From contig OZ037770.1 of the NCBI GenBank assembly GCA_964035545.1, forward strand, positions 8,934,973 through 8,998,972: a DNA stretch of 64,000 bases, written 5' to 3'. A model generated the notes under the pieces. It was not told the origin of the DNA, ran no database searches, and saw nothing but the letters and a program-made list of their open reading frames with translations. Made by a program: the position numbers and the translations under genes. Positions 23,687 to 36,600 of this stretch are shown here, piece after piece. Position 1 is the first letter of the stretch; every line of letters starts with the position of its first letter. The DNA comes from Bugula neritina (Eukaryota > Animalia > Bryozoa).

Positions 23687-26600
23687 CTAGATGTCTCAAT
23701 GAGCTCTAACTCAGAAGTCTTTGTAGCCACAGCTTTCAACTAGCTGACTTGGACTTGATATTTGTGTATTAACGTTGAACACGTGCTGAGACTTCTGTGT
23801 GTTGGGTTTTATTTTTAATGCCATTTTTATGAGATAAGTTATTCAGCTGTAATTCCATTGGCCAATATCAGGACGTACAAGAAACTTAGTTTTTCCCAAA
23901 TATACTGGGTTTTCTTCTGAACATTATATTATAATGTGTTGCCTGTATGACTGTATTAAATCCTATTTTTGTTACTCTTGTGAAATAATGGAAATAGTGT
24001 TGTATGGTAGTTAACATTTTCCGTGAAATTTTTTCTCTGATATTTCAAAATAAATTTTGAGTTTTTGGGTGATTTTTGACAATCAACTTCAAAAGTATAG
24101 GTATGCTACATCATGGTATCATGACAATATGTAGCAGGTGCTCTACTGTACACACACATCTGCCATGTTACACTCCTGCTACTAACTCTGTTGTTAGCTG
24201 TGTGAAACTAATACTAGTTATGACCTTTTGACTACCTAAACTGCTAGCTCTGTCAGCACAATTATGGTGTTTCTCCGTTGAATGTGTAGAGAATCATTAT
24301 GAATGTATATCTATATGCATGGCATGACCTTCATTTGTGCACTGGACATTTAAACAGCAGTAACATAGTGTATAAATTTAATAGAGCATAGATCGTTTCA
24401 TAAATTTACCATATATTCGAATACCAGCTGTTTTCACCAACAATATAATATGATATTTAAAATATATTACAATAATTTATCAAATAGTAAATTTATTCAA
24501 GTGCTTTAGTTTAGAAAGTTTTGATATCACTGTAAGTCTCAAGTAAAATTCCTATGCCTTCTATATGCTCAGCAATGCTCTTAGCTTTTTGTATTTATAC
24601 TGAGTTTTCTAATGACCAACATGGCTTCTTGGATTGAGCACACAACTCTACATTATACTCAATAGGAAAATATTATATTGTGTATTTTCTACTACAACTA
24701 AAACACTAGTATTACTATACAAGCAAATATACATAGTCACAGCTTATAAAGTGTATTTATCTTACTTTAGCCTGTGAACTATAAGAATATTGATTCAAAC
24801 TCTCAGCTAAAGGACTCTTTGGCTATTTCTCAGAACATGAATGAATATTCTAATACTATAACAGTTTAGTTTAGGTTTCTAAAAAAGCTCTTTTCATATG
24901 ATAATTTTATTCCATCCTGTGTGCATTATGCCAACCATGTTTGTCAGTTAGTTGAAACGTTGCCAATAGTTTTAAGGTCTACAATTTTTAGGACACTTCT
25001 TATGAATACATTAACCAAAAAAAATTTCACAACACAGGATTTTAGTTGTGAAAACTTCTAACCCCACTGAAGATCAAACAGTACACCTCTAACTTGCAAG
25101 TTAGTGTGCTAACCATTACACTATGAAGGAAGAACAACACTACATACCACTCCACCCAGAACTCCAGTGCCTCCCTCTTAGTACTGTTCTGTGAGTTCCT
25201 GGAATCCACCAGCCCCTAGAGTCCCTAGGAGTAGTACTACACAATACTTATTTTACATTAGTCTAATCAACAGGCACCTTGCAACTTAAGAAACATCATG
25301 CAGGTTATATAATATCACCATGCTGGTTTAATACCTAGCAGCATATTTTATTGCATAGCATATAAAAGGCGGTGTCAGATAAAAATGGCACAGCAATAAT
25401 GACACACATGGCATAGTGTGTAAAAATGACACATTTTCAATATAAGGGTTTGGGCTAGGTGTTTGGAATGCATATTTCAGTTTGAGGTTGGGCTTAAAGG
25501 TTGTGGGTTTGAGTTTGGAGTTTGAAAAAACTTTAACATCAACATGCAATTATTACCTACTTTGCCATTTGTGCCATTATTACCTGTGCCATTTTGCCTA
25601 AATTCATAGCAGACAGCTGTGACACGTTGCAGTTTATTCTACAATACAAAAAGCTAGAACCAATAATATCAACTTCAGTCATAAAGTTTTAGACAATTAA
25701 AACTTATCTTGTTAATAAGTTGCATAAGATTACGAATCATATTACATACTATATTATGACCCCTTCTTGTTATACATATGCTGCCTTACTATATAAATAG
25801 AAAATTGTTAGCATAAATTTGAAATTAAAGTTTGTTATCTCAGCCTGGTGCCTGTTCGGTAAATACTCCCATGCAGTGCACACATGCTGCGTAGAACGTG
25901 ACCTCACACATCACTTATCAGTATCACATTAAATTTCAAGGCTTGCATAACTTTTATTTACTAACTAATTTTCTTATGCAATGTACAAAAAAGACTATCT
26001 ACAGTGAAATTGATATTTATCTGTAGTACTTATTGAATTGAAAAATAATTTGTTATAGTTACCTATAATGTATTATGAAGTATATAATCATTCATCGTAC
26101 CTGCATGGTTAATGTCAGCAATATTGCTAATTTACAGTTTTTTCTTGTTTAGTTTTAATCCAGGTTTTTGTAAATACAGATCTAAAATATATAGATAAAT
26201 GAAATAAATGATCATTAATACTTGGTGTTTAATTACTCCTGCACTCGGAAATGTTTATAGAGCCATGCATTATTTATAAAACAGTTTTAAAATACATACT
26301 GCATGTGTTGGCCAGTTTGCCTCTAAAGTGGTCATTATCTTCTTGGACATTCTTCGAGATGATTATTTCAGAAAAAAACTACTAAACTGTTTTTCAAAAG
26401 CTAAAAATTAAACTCAAACCCCTTTTGACAAAAATACAAGTAAGATTTGACAAAATTTATGTTTTTAATGTATACTTAAAAAAGCACCTCTCATCCAAAA
26501 AATTGTGTACCAGTCTACCATCATGATCTTTAGCACTCATTCTTCAATTAGTAGCAGCATTTGTCTAAAAGATGATTATATGAGAAAGTAAAAAAATAAC

Positions 26601-26979
26601 AATTTTACTTATTGAATAAAAAGCTGCAACACATGATTTAATCAAGGGGTTGTTATGAAAACCAAGTAGTTTAAACTGAATGTGAAAATTATTAGCTGTT
26701 GTGTCCAAAGCAAGCATATCCTAACCCTATATCTATAGTGATCAGCCAGCTAGCCTTTTTAAACACAGCTTTACATGCTGGCCACTTTATCACCAATGTT
26801 GTTAATATAAATAGTGATATTAATATAATATATAGAATAGAATATTGTAGCAATATACATAACACATGCAGATTACGTGATCATTTGTTATGCAACAAAT
26901 TTAAATTGCACTTGGCAAGGACTTGGTGTAAACCAACAGAAGTGTTTGCTCAGCTTATATAACAATGATAACCTGTCAC

Positions 26980-26986
26980 TATAAAA
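26980..26986 (+). promoter_or_regulatory. TATA box of SOUL paralog 1
   Basis: TATAAAA 88 bp before the ATG; identical context at 31667-31673 in paralog 2. Confidence 0.75.
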
Positions 26987-27067
26987 GAGCCTACATAGTG
27001 AGTATGTCATTATTCAACCACCTGCAGACCAGTGTCAACTACCTACAGTGACATCTACTTATTCAAC

Positions 27068-29165
27068 ATGGCACTTCTACTTCTAGCCATCTCTCTCACT
27101 CTCTCACAGCTTGTTCTAGCAGCTCCTGATTTCTGTAAAGACCACGAATGTCCAGAGTATGAAGTAATTCAACACTTTGATGTAAGTAAATTTTATTGTC
27201 ACATTTTTTTTGGTGCTCTGAGACATTCCAAGTCATATAATAGATATTTTGTTGCAAGATAATTTAAAAGTTTAGTTCAGTGGCTTCTCAATAAAACACT
27301 TTATGGTTGTTATTTAATTTTACATAAAAAGCAGCATGCATTCTGGTGCAATACTTGAAAAATTGTTATAGTCTAGGTTATTTAATTTCTTTTGATATAC
27401 ATTTTGGCTTAGAGTACTGGTTTAACATAAAGCTTTTCTGTAGCTATATTATTTCTTATCTAGAACACAGGCTTTTTTCAACTTCTCCTTTGCTACACCT
27501 GTAACATCAACAGCATTTATTGACTCCGTAATAAATAACTGTCCCAGAATGCACAGGAGCTTTTTGACTGTAGGTTTTAAGTTTTTGATGACAAAAAATC
27601 CTACTTAACTCCTTTATTTTGTTATATATGTCTATGAAAAATAGCGATAATTCTTCGAAAGTTCTCAAGTTTAGCTTTAGATTCAATCTAGATATTCTTG
27701 CAGAACTATGAGCTAAGAGATTACGCCCCTACAGTCTGGGTTTCAGTAAAGATAGACGGGCTAGAGAAGAAATACTGGGAAGATAGAACTTCAGTCTCAC
27801 CAGCTTTCTTCAAACTATTTGACTACATCAGTGGAGCCAATAACATGAGTGAGTGGAACTATATGCAAGTTATTGTGACCTTTTGACCTTTAAGATAACA
27901 TACTGCTTGGTCGGTATATAGACTTAGAGATTCAAAATTACTTTACATACTAGAAAAATAGACAACCACTTAAAATAACCATTCACTTTTATTGAAATGC
28001 ATTTGTGACATTTACATGTACTACTATGTGAGTGCGACATCTTATAGCAACATGTTTACTGTGGCATCTAGTGACATGTATACTATGACATCTACTAACA
28101 GGTTTATATTATATATAATTACAGATCAAACTATGAAGATGACTGCTCCAGTTGTTTCCAGTCATTCAGAGAATGCTGTGTTCATGAGTTTCATGGTTCC
28201 AAGTGAGTTCAGTGAGAATCCTCCAACACCAAATGATGCTAGCGTTTTCATTCACAGAGCTCCAAGAGCACAGTTCTATGTCAGGTAAGAATGTCTTCAA
28301 AGAACTTAAATACGTTCCTATTTACGTACCATTTGGATTAGAATAGTTTTTGAATTTCTATGGGAACTATCATTGCTTTAGCTAATTGCTGGGTGATTCA
28401 ATGCAATACATTGCTATCAATAACTAATCTACTAATTTTGCAAGCTACTAAAGTTAAGTTTATAACTTTATAATATATCTGTGGGAGTTGTTGCACCTAT
28501 TAAATGTATATAATCGCATTTATTTTTTGACTAAAAAAGCAATTCGCTATTTTGCTATATAAATTGTATTGGTGAGCAAATTCTTTGGACATATTTTGAT
28601 TAACAAGGGATTGAACCCTGATCTAAGTTTGTTGAATTCTAATAATTGGAAATAGTTCTTGTAATTCCTCTTAATAATATAGCCTATAATTAAGTGAGCC
28701 CACTCCCTCAACACCTCCGACCGTGGAACTGACTATTCATTGTATCACAATTCATGTTTTTTTTAAAACTAGCCAATTATTATACATGGTCATTCAATTC
28801 TTTGTAAAATAGAAAGTGAGGAACTATACATAGCTTCAATTAAGCAGTTTCATTCAAGTTATGTATAAGAATATTAGTATGCTAATAAACTATATATATA
28901 GTTATATATTATTTTGCATAACCAAAATCTGTGTAAAAATAACAGCTACCATTATTTTCTACAATTTAGAACATTCAACACAATACTTCCACCAAAGTTC
29001 TACATCCTTGGAAATAGATTCATCCCAGAGTTTGAACAGCTCAAGAAAGACTTGACTAAAGACGGCAATTCCTACACTGTTGACCCCATGTTCTTCACAG
29101 CAGGTTATGACGGTCCTCGGGTCTACTTCAAGAGACATAATGAAGTATGGATCACAAAAGCATAA
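27068..29165 (+). CDS. Secreted SOUL/heme-binding protein 2-like, paralog 1 (204 aa)
   Basis: Exons 27068-27181, 27704-27848, 28125-28284, 28970-29165. Signal-peptide-like MALLLLAISLTLSQLVLA, then FCKDHECPEYEV, YELRDYAPTVWVS, AFFKLFDYISGAN, MKMTAPV, MSFMVP, PPTPNDASVFI, TAGYDGP..RHNEVW, which are SOUL-family motifs. Confidence 0.93.
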
Positions 29166-30430
29166 ACTCTCAATAGTACACAGCTTTATTTTTATATTTA
29201 TGATCTGCGTTTCACATTCAAGGCCGATCTGATTTAATATTCTTTTAAATGATGACACATTAAACACACTTTTATAATTTTTTATACATTAGTTGAATGT
29301 TCTAATATTATACATAGTATATATTTTGATGTTTTTATAGTATGATAAATTAATATCTGCAATAAAACATTCTAACACTTTAAAAAGTTTCTCAATAATT
29401 ATAATTTTTTTACTTAAAAGTTTATTATACTATTTCAAGAACCAAAATAGCTCCATCAAAGTTTCTTAAAACTTAAAATAATTTTGAAATACATTAACAA
29501 TATAGAATGCAAAACAACATGATATGATATAGCTATTATATACCATTATAGCTTATAGATCCCAGTCTAGACTTCATTAGTATTTCCTGATTAACTGCCA
29601 AAGTATATTCTATATAAATTTTGTTCTAGATTATTTTCTCTCAGATGATGTTATTTGTTTTTACACTTCACGTGCTTTCTGCCTTATTACTGAAATTGAT
29701 TATGACAAAGTTATTTTCTATTTGTAACATTCACTTCCTCAATCGCAATAATATATTAGATCAAAATGATGGATTTTTTTCAGTACAAATAGTTTTGAAA
29801 ACAATCTAACTTCCCTGCCTTCAATGCTTAGAAATACTCTTTGCTTTTTTGTTTATACTGAATTTTCTAATGACCAACATGACTTCTTGGAATGAGCACA
29901 CAACTCTACATTACACTCAATGTGAAAGTAACTTTCTTCACTACATTCTACCATTGAACTATACTTATAGCTATAGTTTCAGTTCAATGCATTCTAGAAA
30001 TATATACAAGCAAAGAAGTAAAATAATTCTAATAAGATATTTATTTCTAACTAGAGTTACTGCTCATAATTATGCTGGATCATTGATTCTAATAAGTTGC
30101 TCAACTCTAAAATTTGGCTAAATATTATAAAGTACAACGTTTTACATGCAGTAGTACTTAACTAGCTTAGTGTTATTTAGAATTAGAGGTGTCCAACCTT
30201 TCCGAGGGTCTCATTGTAGAAATTGAGCTTAGCCCGAGGGCTATATTGTAAACTTCTACTTGGTGCCACAGCATCAGTAATGTTCAAATTCCAAACTCCT
30301 ATGAATTGTTACATGATGAAATCCCAATAAATACTGCCAGCTGCAACTTTTACCATGTATATAAATAAGAAAAGCATAAACATGTGGTTTTCTACTCTAA
30401 TTAATATTTATGGGTGTTAAAAGTGGTTTT

Positions 30431-30690
30431 AGGTAAAAATAGCACAGGTAATAATGGCACAAATGGAAAAGCAAGTAAATATGGCACACTGATGTTTAAT
30501 TTTCCAAACTCAAACCCCAAACCTATAAACCCCCTATTCTAAACCCCCAAACCCTAATATTAAAAGTGTCTCATTTTTAACTGCTTTGCCATCATTGACT
30601 GTGCCATCATTGACTGTGCCATTATTACCTGTACCATTATTACCTGTGCCATGTTTACAGTGCCACTTTTACCAGTGCTAGTTTTATCGG
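30431..30690. mobile_element. Inverted-repeat element related to 511-1145
   Basis: ggtaaaaatagcacaggtaataatggcac ... aaacccc spacer ... gtgccattattacctgt arms. Confidence 0.65.
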
Positions 30691-31666
30691 GCAGCTTTCT
30701 TTAGCCAGCACATTTCAGAATTCAAAAGAAAACGATTGAAGGTTGATCATCGCTAGAATAATAATGGAGCCTTTTGCATTAAACTATTTCAACTTGTAAC
30801 AACTTTCTAAAGATAAATGCATTAAAGTTTCAAAGCTGAAGGACTTCAGTCTATTGAAAAACAAACACCTGTCAACCTTCAAAAACTTTGAAAATCAGCT
30901 TATATAACTGCTTCGTAATGCCAGTTATAAAACACATCACGTGGTAACCATCGGCAACACATGGAATGTGGTTGGTAAGTGTTGCGAATTGCAACACTAT
31001 ACTTTAATGCAAAGAGCTTAAAACAACTTTATTTGCTTTTTGCCTTGCGTTTTAGGTGCAAGTTATCTTGCTAATAAGATTTGAATAATATACTATATTA
31101 TGACCCCTAACTGTCGAGTGCTGCCTTACAATATAGATAGAAAGTTGTCAGCGTATACTTGAGAGTTATGTTTGGTTTTTCAACCTGTTGGTTGCTCTGT
31201 AAATACTCTCATGCAGTGGCATGCTGCATAGAACGTGGCCTGCGCCAATAATTATCACTAACTAACGTCATGCTTCAACGCTTCTGCATATTATATGCTA
31301 GCGGTCTAGGCTGAGTGTGTACCTTCTGTTTACAGAAATGTTCGCGTTACAGAACACTATCAACTGAGTTATAAAACACTAAGTATAGATTGAAGTTAGA
31401 GCTAAAGATTAATGACTGATATATTTGAAGTAAGCATACCCTAATCCTATTTATCTTTCTAGTAATCAGCTAGCTAAGCACCTGCCTTCACAACAACAAG
31501 GTCATGAATCATCATAAAAATATAATATAATGTTGTAGAATTAACATAACACGCGCAGTTAACGTGACCCTTACTTGTGCAACACATTTAAATTGCATTT
31601 GGCAGAGGCTTGCTCTATATGAACAGGATTATTTGCTCAGCTTATATAACAATGATAACCTGTCAC

Positions 31667-31673
31667 TATAAAA
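31667..31673 (+). promoter_or_regulatory. TATA box of SOUL paralog 2
   Basis: TATAAAA 88 bp before the ATG, conserved between paralogs. Confidence 0.75.
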
Positions 31674-31754
31674 GAGCCAACATAGTGAGCATGTCATTAT
31701 TCAACCACCTGCAGACCAGTGTCAACTAACTACAGTGACATCTACTTATTCAAC

Positions 31755-33641
31755 ATGGCACTTCTACTACTAGCCATCTCTCTCACACTCTCACAGCTTG
31801 TTCTATCAGCTCCTGATTTCTGTAAGAGCCTCGAATGTCCAGATTATGAAGTGATTCAAAATTTTGGCGTAAGTAAATTTTATCATCATGTATCTTTCAG
31901 TGTTTTGCAACATTTCAAGGCATATAGTAGAAACTTGCCTGTACAGAAAGTTTTTAGCCTTAGATTCAACCTTACTGTTCTTTTAGAACTATGAACTAAG
32001 AGAGTACGCCCCTACAGTATGGGTTTCAGTAGACACGGATAGAAGAATAGGCTTTTTAGCTTTCCAAAAGCTATTTAATTACATCAGAGGAGCAAATAAC
32101 ATAGGTGAGTATACAATGTACTCTGACACTGACCTTTAAAGTGTGTAATAGATGGAGCAATGTATTATCACATTATATATTATATTATTATTTATGATAT
32201 TATGCTAAAATTTAAGATATCCAAGTATATTATATAGACTGAATTATACAGAATTACCACTTAAAATAATCATTCATTTATTCTATAACATGTAAAATTA
32301 TGATATATAAATAACAGTTGAGTATGAGATTTATTAACAGGTAAGCATGATATTTACCAACTTTATGCTGTGACATTTATCAACATGTTATACTGTAACA
32401 TCTATCAACATGGTACTGTGACATCTACTAACAGGTAGCTGTGGCATCTATCAACAGGTTTATATTCTATAATTACAGGACAAGAAATTGAAATGACAGC
32501 TCCAGTTCTTTCTAGTTATTCTGGGAATACAATGGTAATGAGTTTTATGGTTCCAAGTAAGTTCAGTGAGAATCCTCCAACACCAAATGACGCTAGCGTT
32601 TACATTCAAAGATCTCCAAGAGCACAGTTCTATGTCAGGTGAGAATATCCCTCATGAATTTGCACAGTGCTATCTACACTGCAATATTAGATTGAAATTG
32701 GTTTTAATTTTTTATATTACTCATATATAACTTTGCATGGTTCAGGGTTAGAAGAACCTTCGAACTAAGTAAATTTGTAATAGTGTGTTCAAACTCCAAA
32801 AAGGCCATTGGTGATGTTAGAAAGAGGAGCCAGTCACAATTGCTCCTGTGTTACAATGAATAAGTCCTTAGCCTGCTTTAATAAATCCCCTTTCATCAAA
32901 AGTTTTCCTATAGGGATGGTGACCAGAAAACTGTGTGATATTAGTATGACTTGACATGACCATATGACCCAAGAGATTGCAGTGCATAAATTTGTGTTTA
33001 TTGAGTAAAAACTCATATTGAATAGTGACAAAGACACAAATTTGTAAAATTTATGCTACGAATTGCTTACTTACGCACACACTGCACACACTGCACACAC
33101 TACACACACTACACACACTGCATGCACACACTGCACACACTACACACACTGCACACACACTGCGCACACTGCACACACACTACACACACTAGTATTGCTT
33201 TCTTATTATTAGTGGGAATACATTTTTAGAATTTCTTTTAAGCAGGAATGACTATTCATTATACTACAAACCATTATCATTAGAAACTAATTGGAAAACC
33301 AGGCCTTGTAAATTTGAAACAAAAAATAACATTGCTATCATTTATTGATCTATACAACTTGATTTTGAGTGTTCCATAATGTTGCTAAAACTATTTTACT
33401 TTGCATAGCACAAACCTGTGTGAATAGTAACAATTACCATTATGTGTCACATTGTAGAACATTCAACCTAATATATCCACCAAGTTATAACACCTACAGC
33501 CGACAATTTGAGCAGCTCAAGAAAGACTTGATTAAAGATGGCAATACCTACACTGTTGACCCCACGTTTATCACAGCAGGTTATGACGGTCCTCGGACCT
33601 TGTCCAAGCGACATAACGAAGTATGGGTCATGAAAGCCTAA
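31755..33641 (+). CDS. Secreted SOUL/heme-binding protein 2-like, paralog 2 (191 aa)
   Basis: Exons 31755-31868, 31987-32104, 32479-32638, 33458-33641. Same intron phases as paralog 1; in-frame 9-aa and 4-aa deletions relative to it; frame intact. Confidence 0.92.
32740..32855 (+). mobile_element. tRNA-derived SINE, partial
   Basis: gttcaaactcc (box B-like) followed by ggccattggtgatgttagaaagaggagccagtcacaattgctcctgtg core. Confidence 0.7.
33075..33190. repeat. Compound microsatellite (acacact(g/a)c)n
   Basis: Direct reading. Confidence 0.9.
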
Positions 33642-36600
33642 GAACAGCTGTACAAATTTATATTTAGGACCTGCAATTTATACTTGAAGCTGATCTGAAT
33701 TTTTTTTTTAAATTATGATATATGTAACAAAAGCTATATGAATTTTTTTAAAAAATTATAGTAATACTTGAATGTATGAAGTAGTAATTTTCTGATATAT
33801 GTTATATAATGTTATAGTATTTTGTATATAATAAAACAACTATCTCTACAATCAAAAACTTCAACCACTTAATCTAGAAAACATTGTGAAATAATAATTT
33901 TTGGTAAAACTTCCATACATTTATTCCCACACTTGGAATTTTTTTTATTATTTTAAAAATTAAAAAACTTTATCAAAAAGTTAAAAAAAGAGTTGTGTTA
34001 AATTAAATTACTAAAATAATTTGCAAGACATCACAGATGCATAAAAATATATAATCTGCAATTTATTGGTATCAGTATAATCATAGTAGTAGGAAAAGTT
34101 TCATAAGGTGATATTGGTAACAAAAAACTACTCTTATGAGTTGTAGCCATTTATATCATCCTGGAAGAAAAAAAACATTAATGTGTAAGAAGGAGTATAA
34201 ATATCTATATAATCATTTCATCAATTTTATATAAAATTTTTTAGAGAAGCTCCATTTGCATTGATATATTATACAAGTGGTATTAGAGTGTATAAAAGTA
34301 AAACTGGGATCATAGGTGTTATCAGTTTTGCAAAATTTTGGTAAATGTGTCTATATACATCTTTTAGTAAAAATTGTTATAGTCTGCTATTGAAAAAGAT
34401 TTATCTTCTGTACATTTGATTCAAACATTTTAAGTAAAAGAAAAATTAGGCCTTTGACAGTCAGTCTCAATAAAAATCAGCTTTCTGTAACTGTGTAGGC
34501 CAGTCCTTGTTAGGGGTCTCGCTAGGCTTGTGATTTAGTAACACCGGCACCTGCTTGTGTACCTCTTATCAGCAGTCGCATCAAATAGATTTCTTCTCCA
34601 GATTTAAGAGGTTATAGTATTATACTGGTTGGACTAAAATGCAATCCTATACATTTTTAAAAGAAAAACAATTTATTAAAAAATTTACATTTTATATTTC
34701 TTTGCCTTGTATATTCAGCAATAACAGTATATGAGTAAACATGTTGCATTAAAAATAAACATTATGCAGTCATTGGTTATGCGGCCAGCTTTATTATACT
34801 TCAATTATATTAATGTATTCAGATACTGAATATATAGCTTATAGTATTGTACACTTAGTGTACTTGACTAATGCAAGTTGCTTGTGTCATCCTAGCTGAC
34901 TCTTCATTACTGAGATATTTTGTGTTATGTTCACGATTCTATAGGTTTTTTAAGTTGAACGTAAGTAGCAGCAATTTGAAGATTTCATGCTTTAAATTTT
35001 AAAATAAGAAAGTAGTAATATCCAGTACACTCTGCAGCCACTTGTTGTTACAAATAGTTTGATGAACCAATTGCACTTAAAATTGTCATAGATAAATTAT
35101 TTCAGCAATGTGCTGCATGTGTAGTTGTTACTTTGAATAGTTATGGCTAGTTTATTTTGTATAAAATAATTTATAAACTACAAATAAAAACAAAGTTTTA
35201 AATTTATTAGTATTTTTTTTAAATTGGTTTCGAAGTAGTTACAGTATATAAGCAGCGTATAAAATGTAGTTATATAGTTAAATGGTAATCTTTGCTAACT
35301 TTAGTGAACTACTGGTGCTTTTGAACAACAGCCATGCATTTCAAGAGAAGTGTATTGAATGTATAAGAGGCGTGCAATCATCTGGTGAATTGGTACAATT
35401 GAACTGGCTTGTTTTATAGCCCATGAATGATTTACTTTTTTATGTTGCATACCAAAGATGAAGGCTGCATGCAGCTATAATTATATTTAAGGATTGCTAA
35501 ATCTTTTACCTGCACAATTTAAAAATATTAAATTTTTTAGCCTCATTAATTAAGTGACATAATTATGGAAGGCTATAAAAACCATATAAAGTAAGAGCAA
35601 TATATATCAGTTATGCAAGACAGTTAAATCTATTTTTGATAAAATACATTAAATATAAATATCATCCATGAAACACTGAGCACGAAAAACATCAATAGAT
35701 TGAGACACAGTATTATACACATTAAAACAATTGAATAACAAAAAATAAATTTTAAAAACGTAAATCTCTATTGCCCATGTTTAGGCAGTTGAAAAATATT
35801 TATATATTGCGACTTTATTTTAAGAAAGAACTTTATCTATTGCATATATAAATTTGTAAAGCAAAAATATTTCTGGCTACACAGTGAAACTGAATGCGAA
35901 AAATAAAAGTTGGAATTTATAGCATTTTCTAATAAAGTAATATGTATTCAGTTTGTCTTAAATTATGCTTGTAGACTAAAAATAAACTAAAAAACAAAAT
36001 AATAAATTATAGGGTTTGTATTGCATTGGGAGATGCATAGCTATTCACTTAAAATCTTATTTTAGACATATAAAATTTTATTAATTTGCTTTAAAATAGT
36101 CACTAATATAACTATGCTAAAAACACTTCAATTATATTCAAATCTGTTTGAGAATTTCTATTGTTGATTTGTTTAATAAGTTTAAATAACAGTGTCTTTG
36201 TTGTATATGACCAGAAAATATATTCCATCGGTTCTACTCAACATTTTCAGCCACTTTATCATTCTACAAAGGTGTAAAGCATTTAGACAGGGTTATGAAC
36301 ATAATTATATATACGTTCAAATTTGAAGAAATTTTGTGATTGGTTAAAGGTTTGCTGTTTGGGGTATTAACTATAATTTTTATAATTGCACGTTTTTTCA
36401 TTCCAAAAATTAAGAAGAAAAAATCAAGTTATTACAGGCTTTGAAAAAAATCAATTTTTAAAATAGTTATCAAATTGCTTGATGCAGGAATGACATTGAG
36501 TATAGGTACAAAAACTCTGTTTAAACTGTTACCCAACTCAAAGACCAAAGGTTTTTCACAATAACCATAAATATTGTATCACTAAATAGTTTTTATTACA

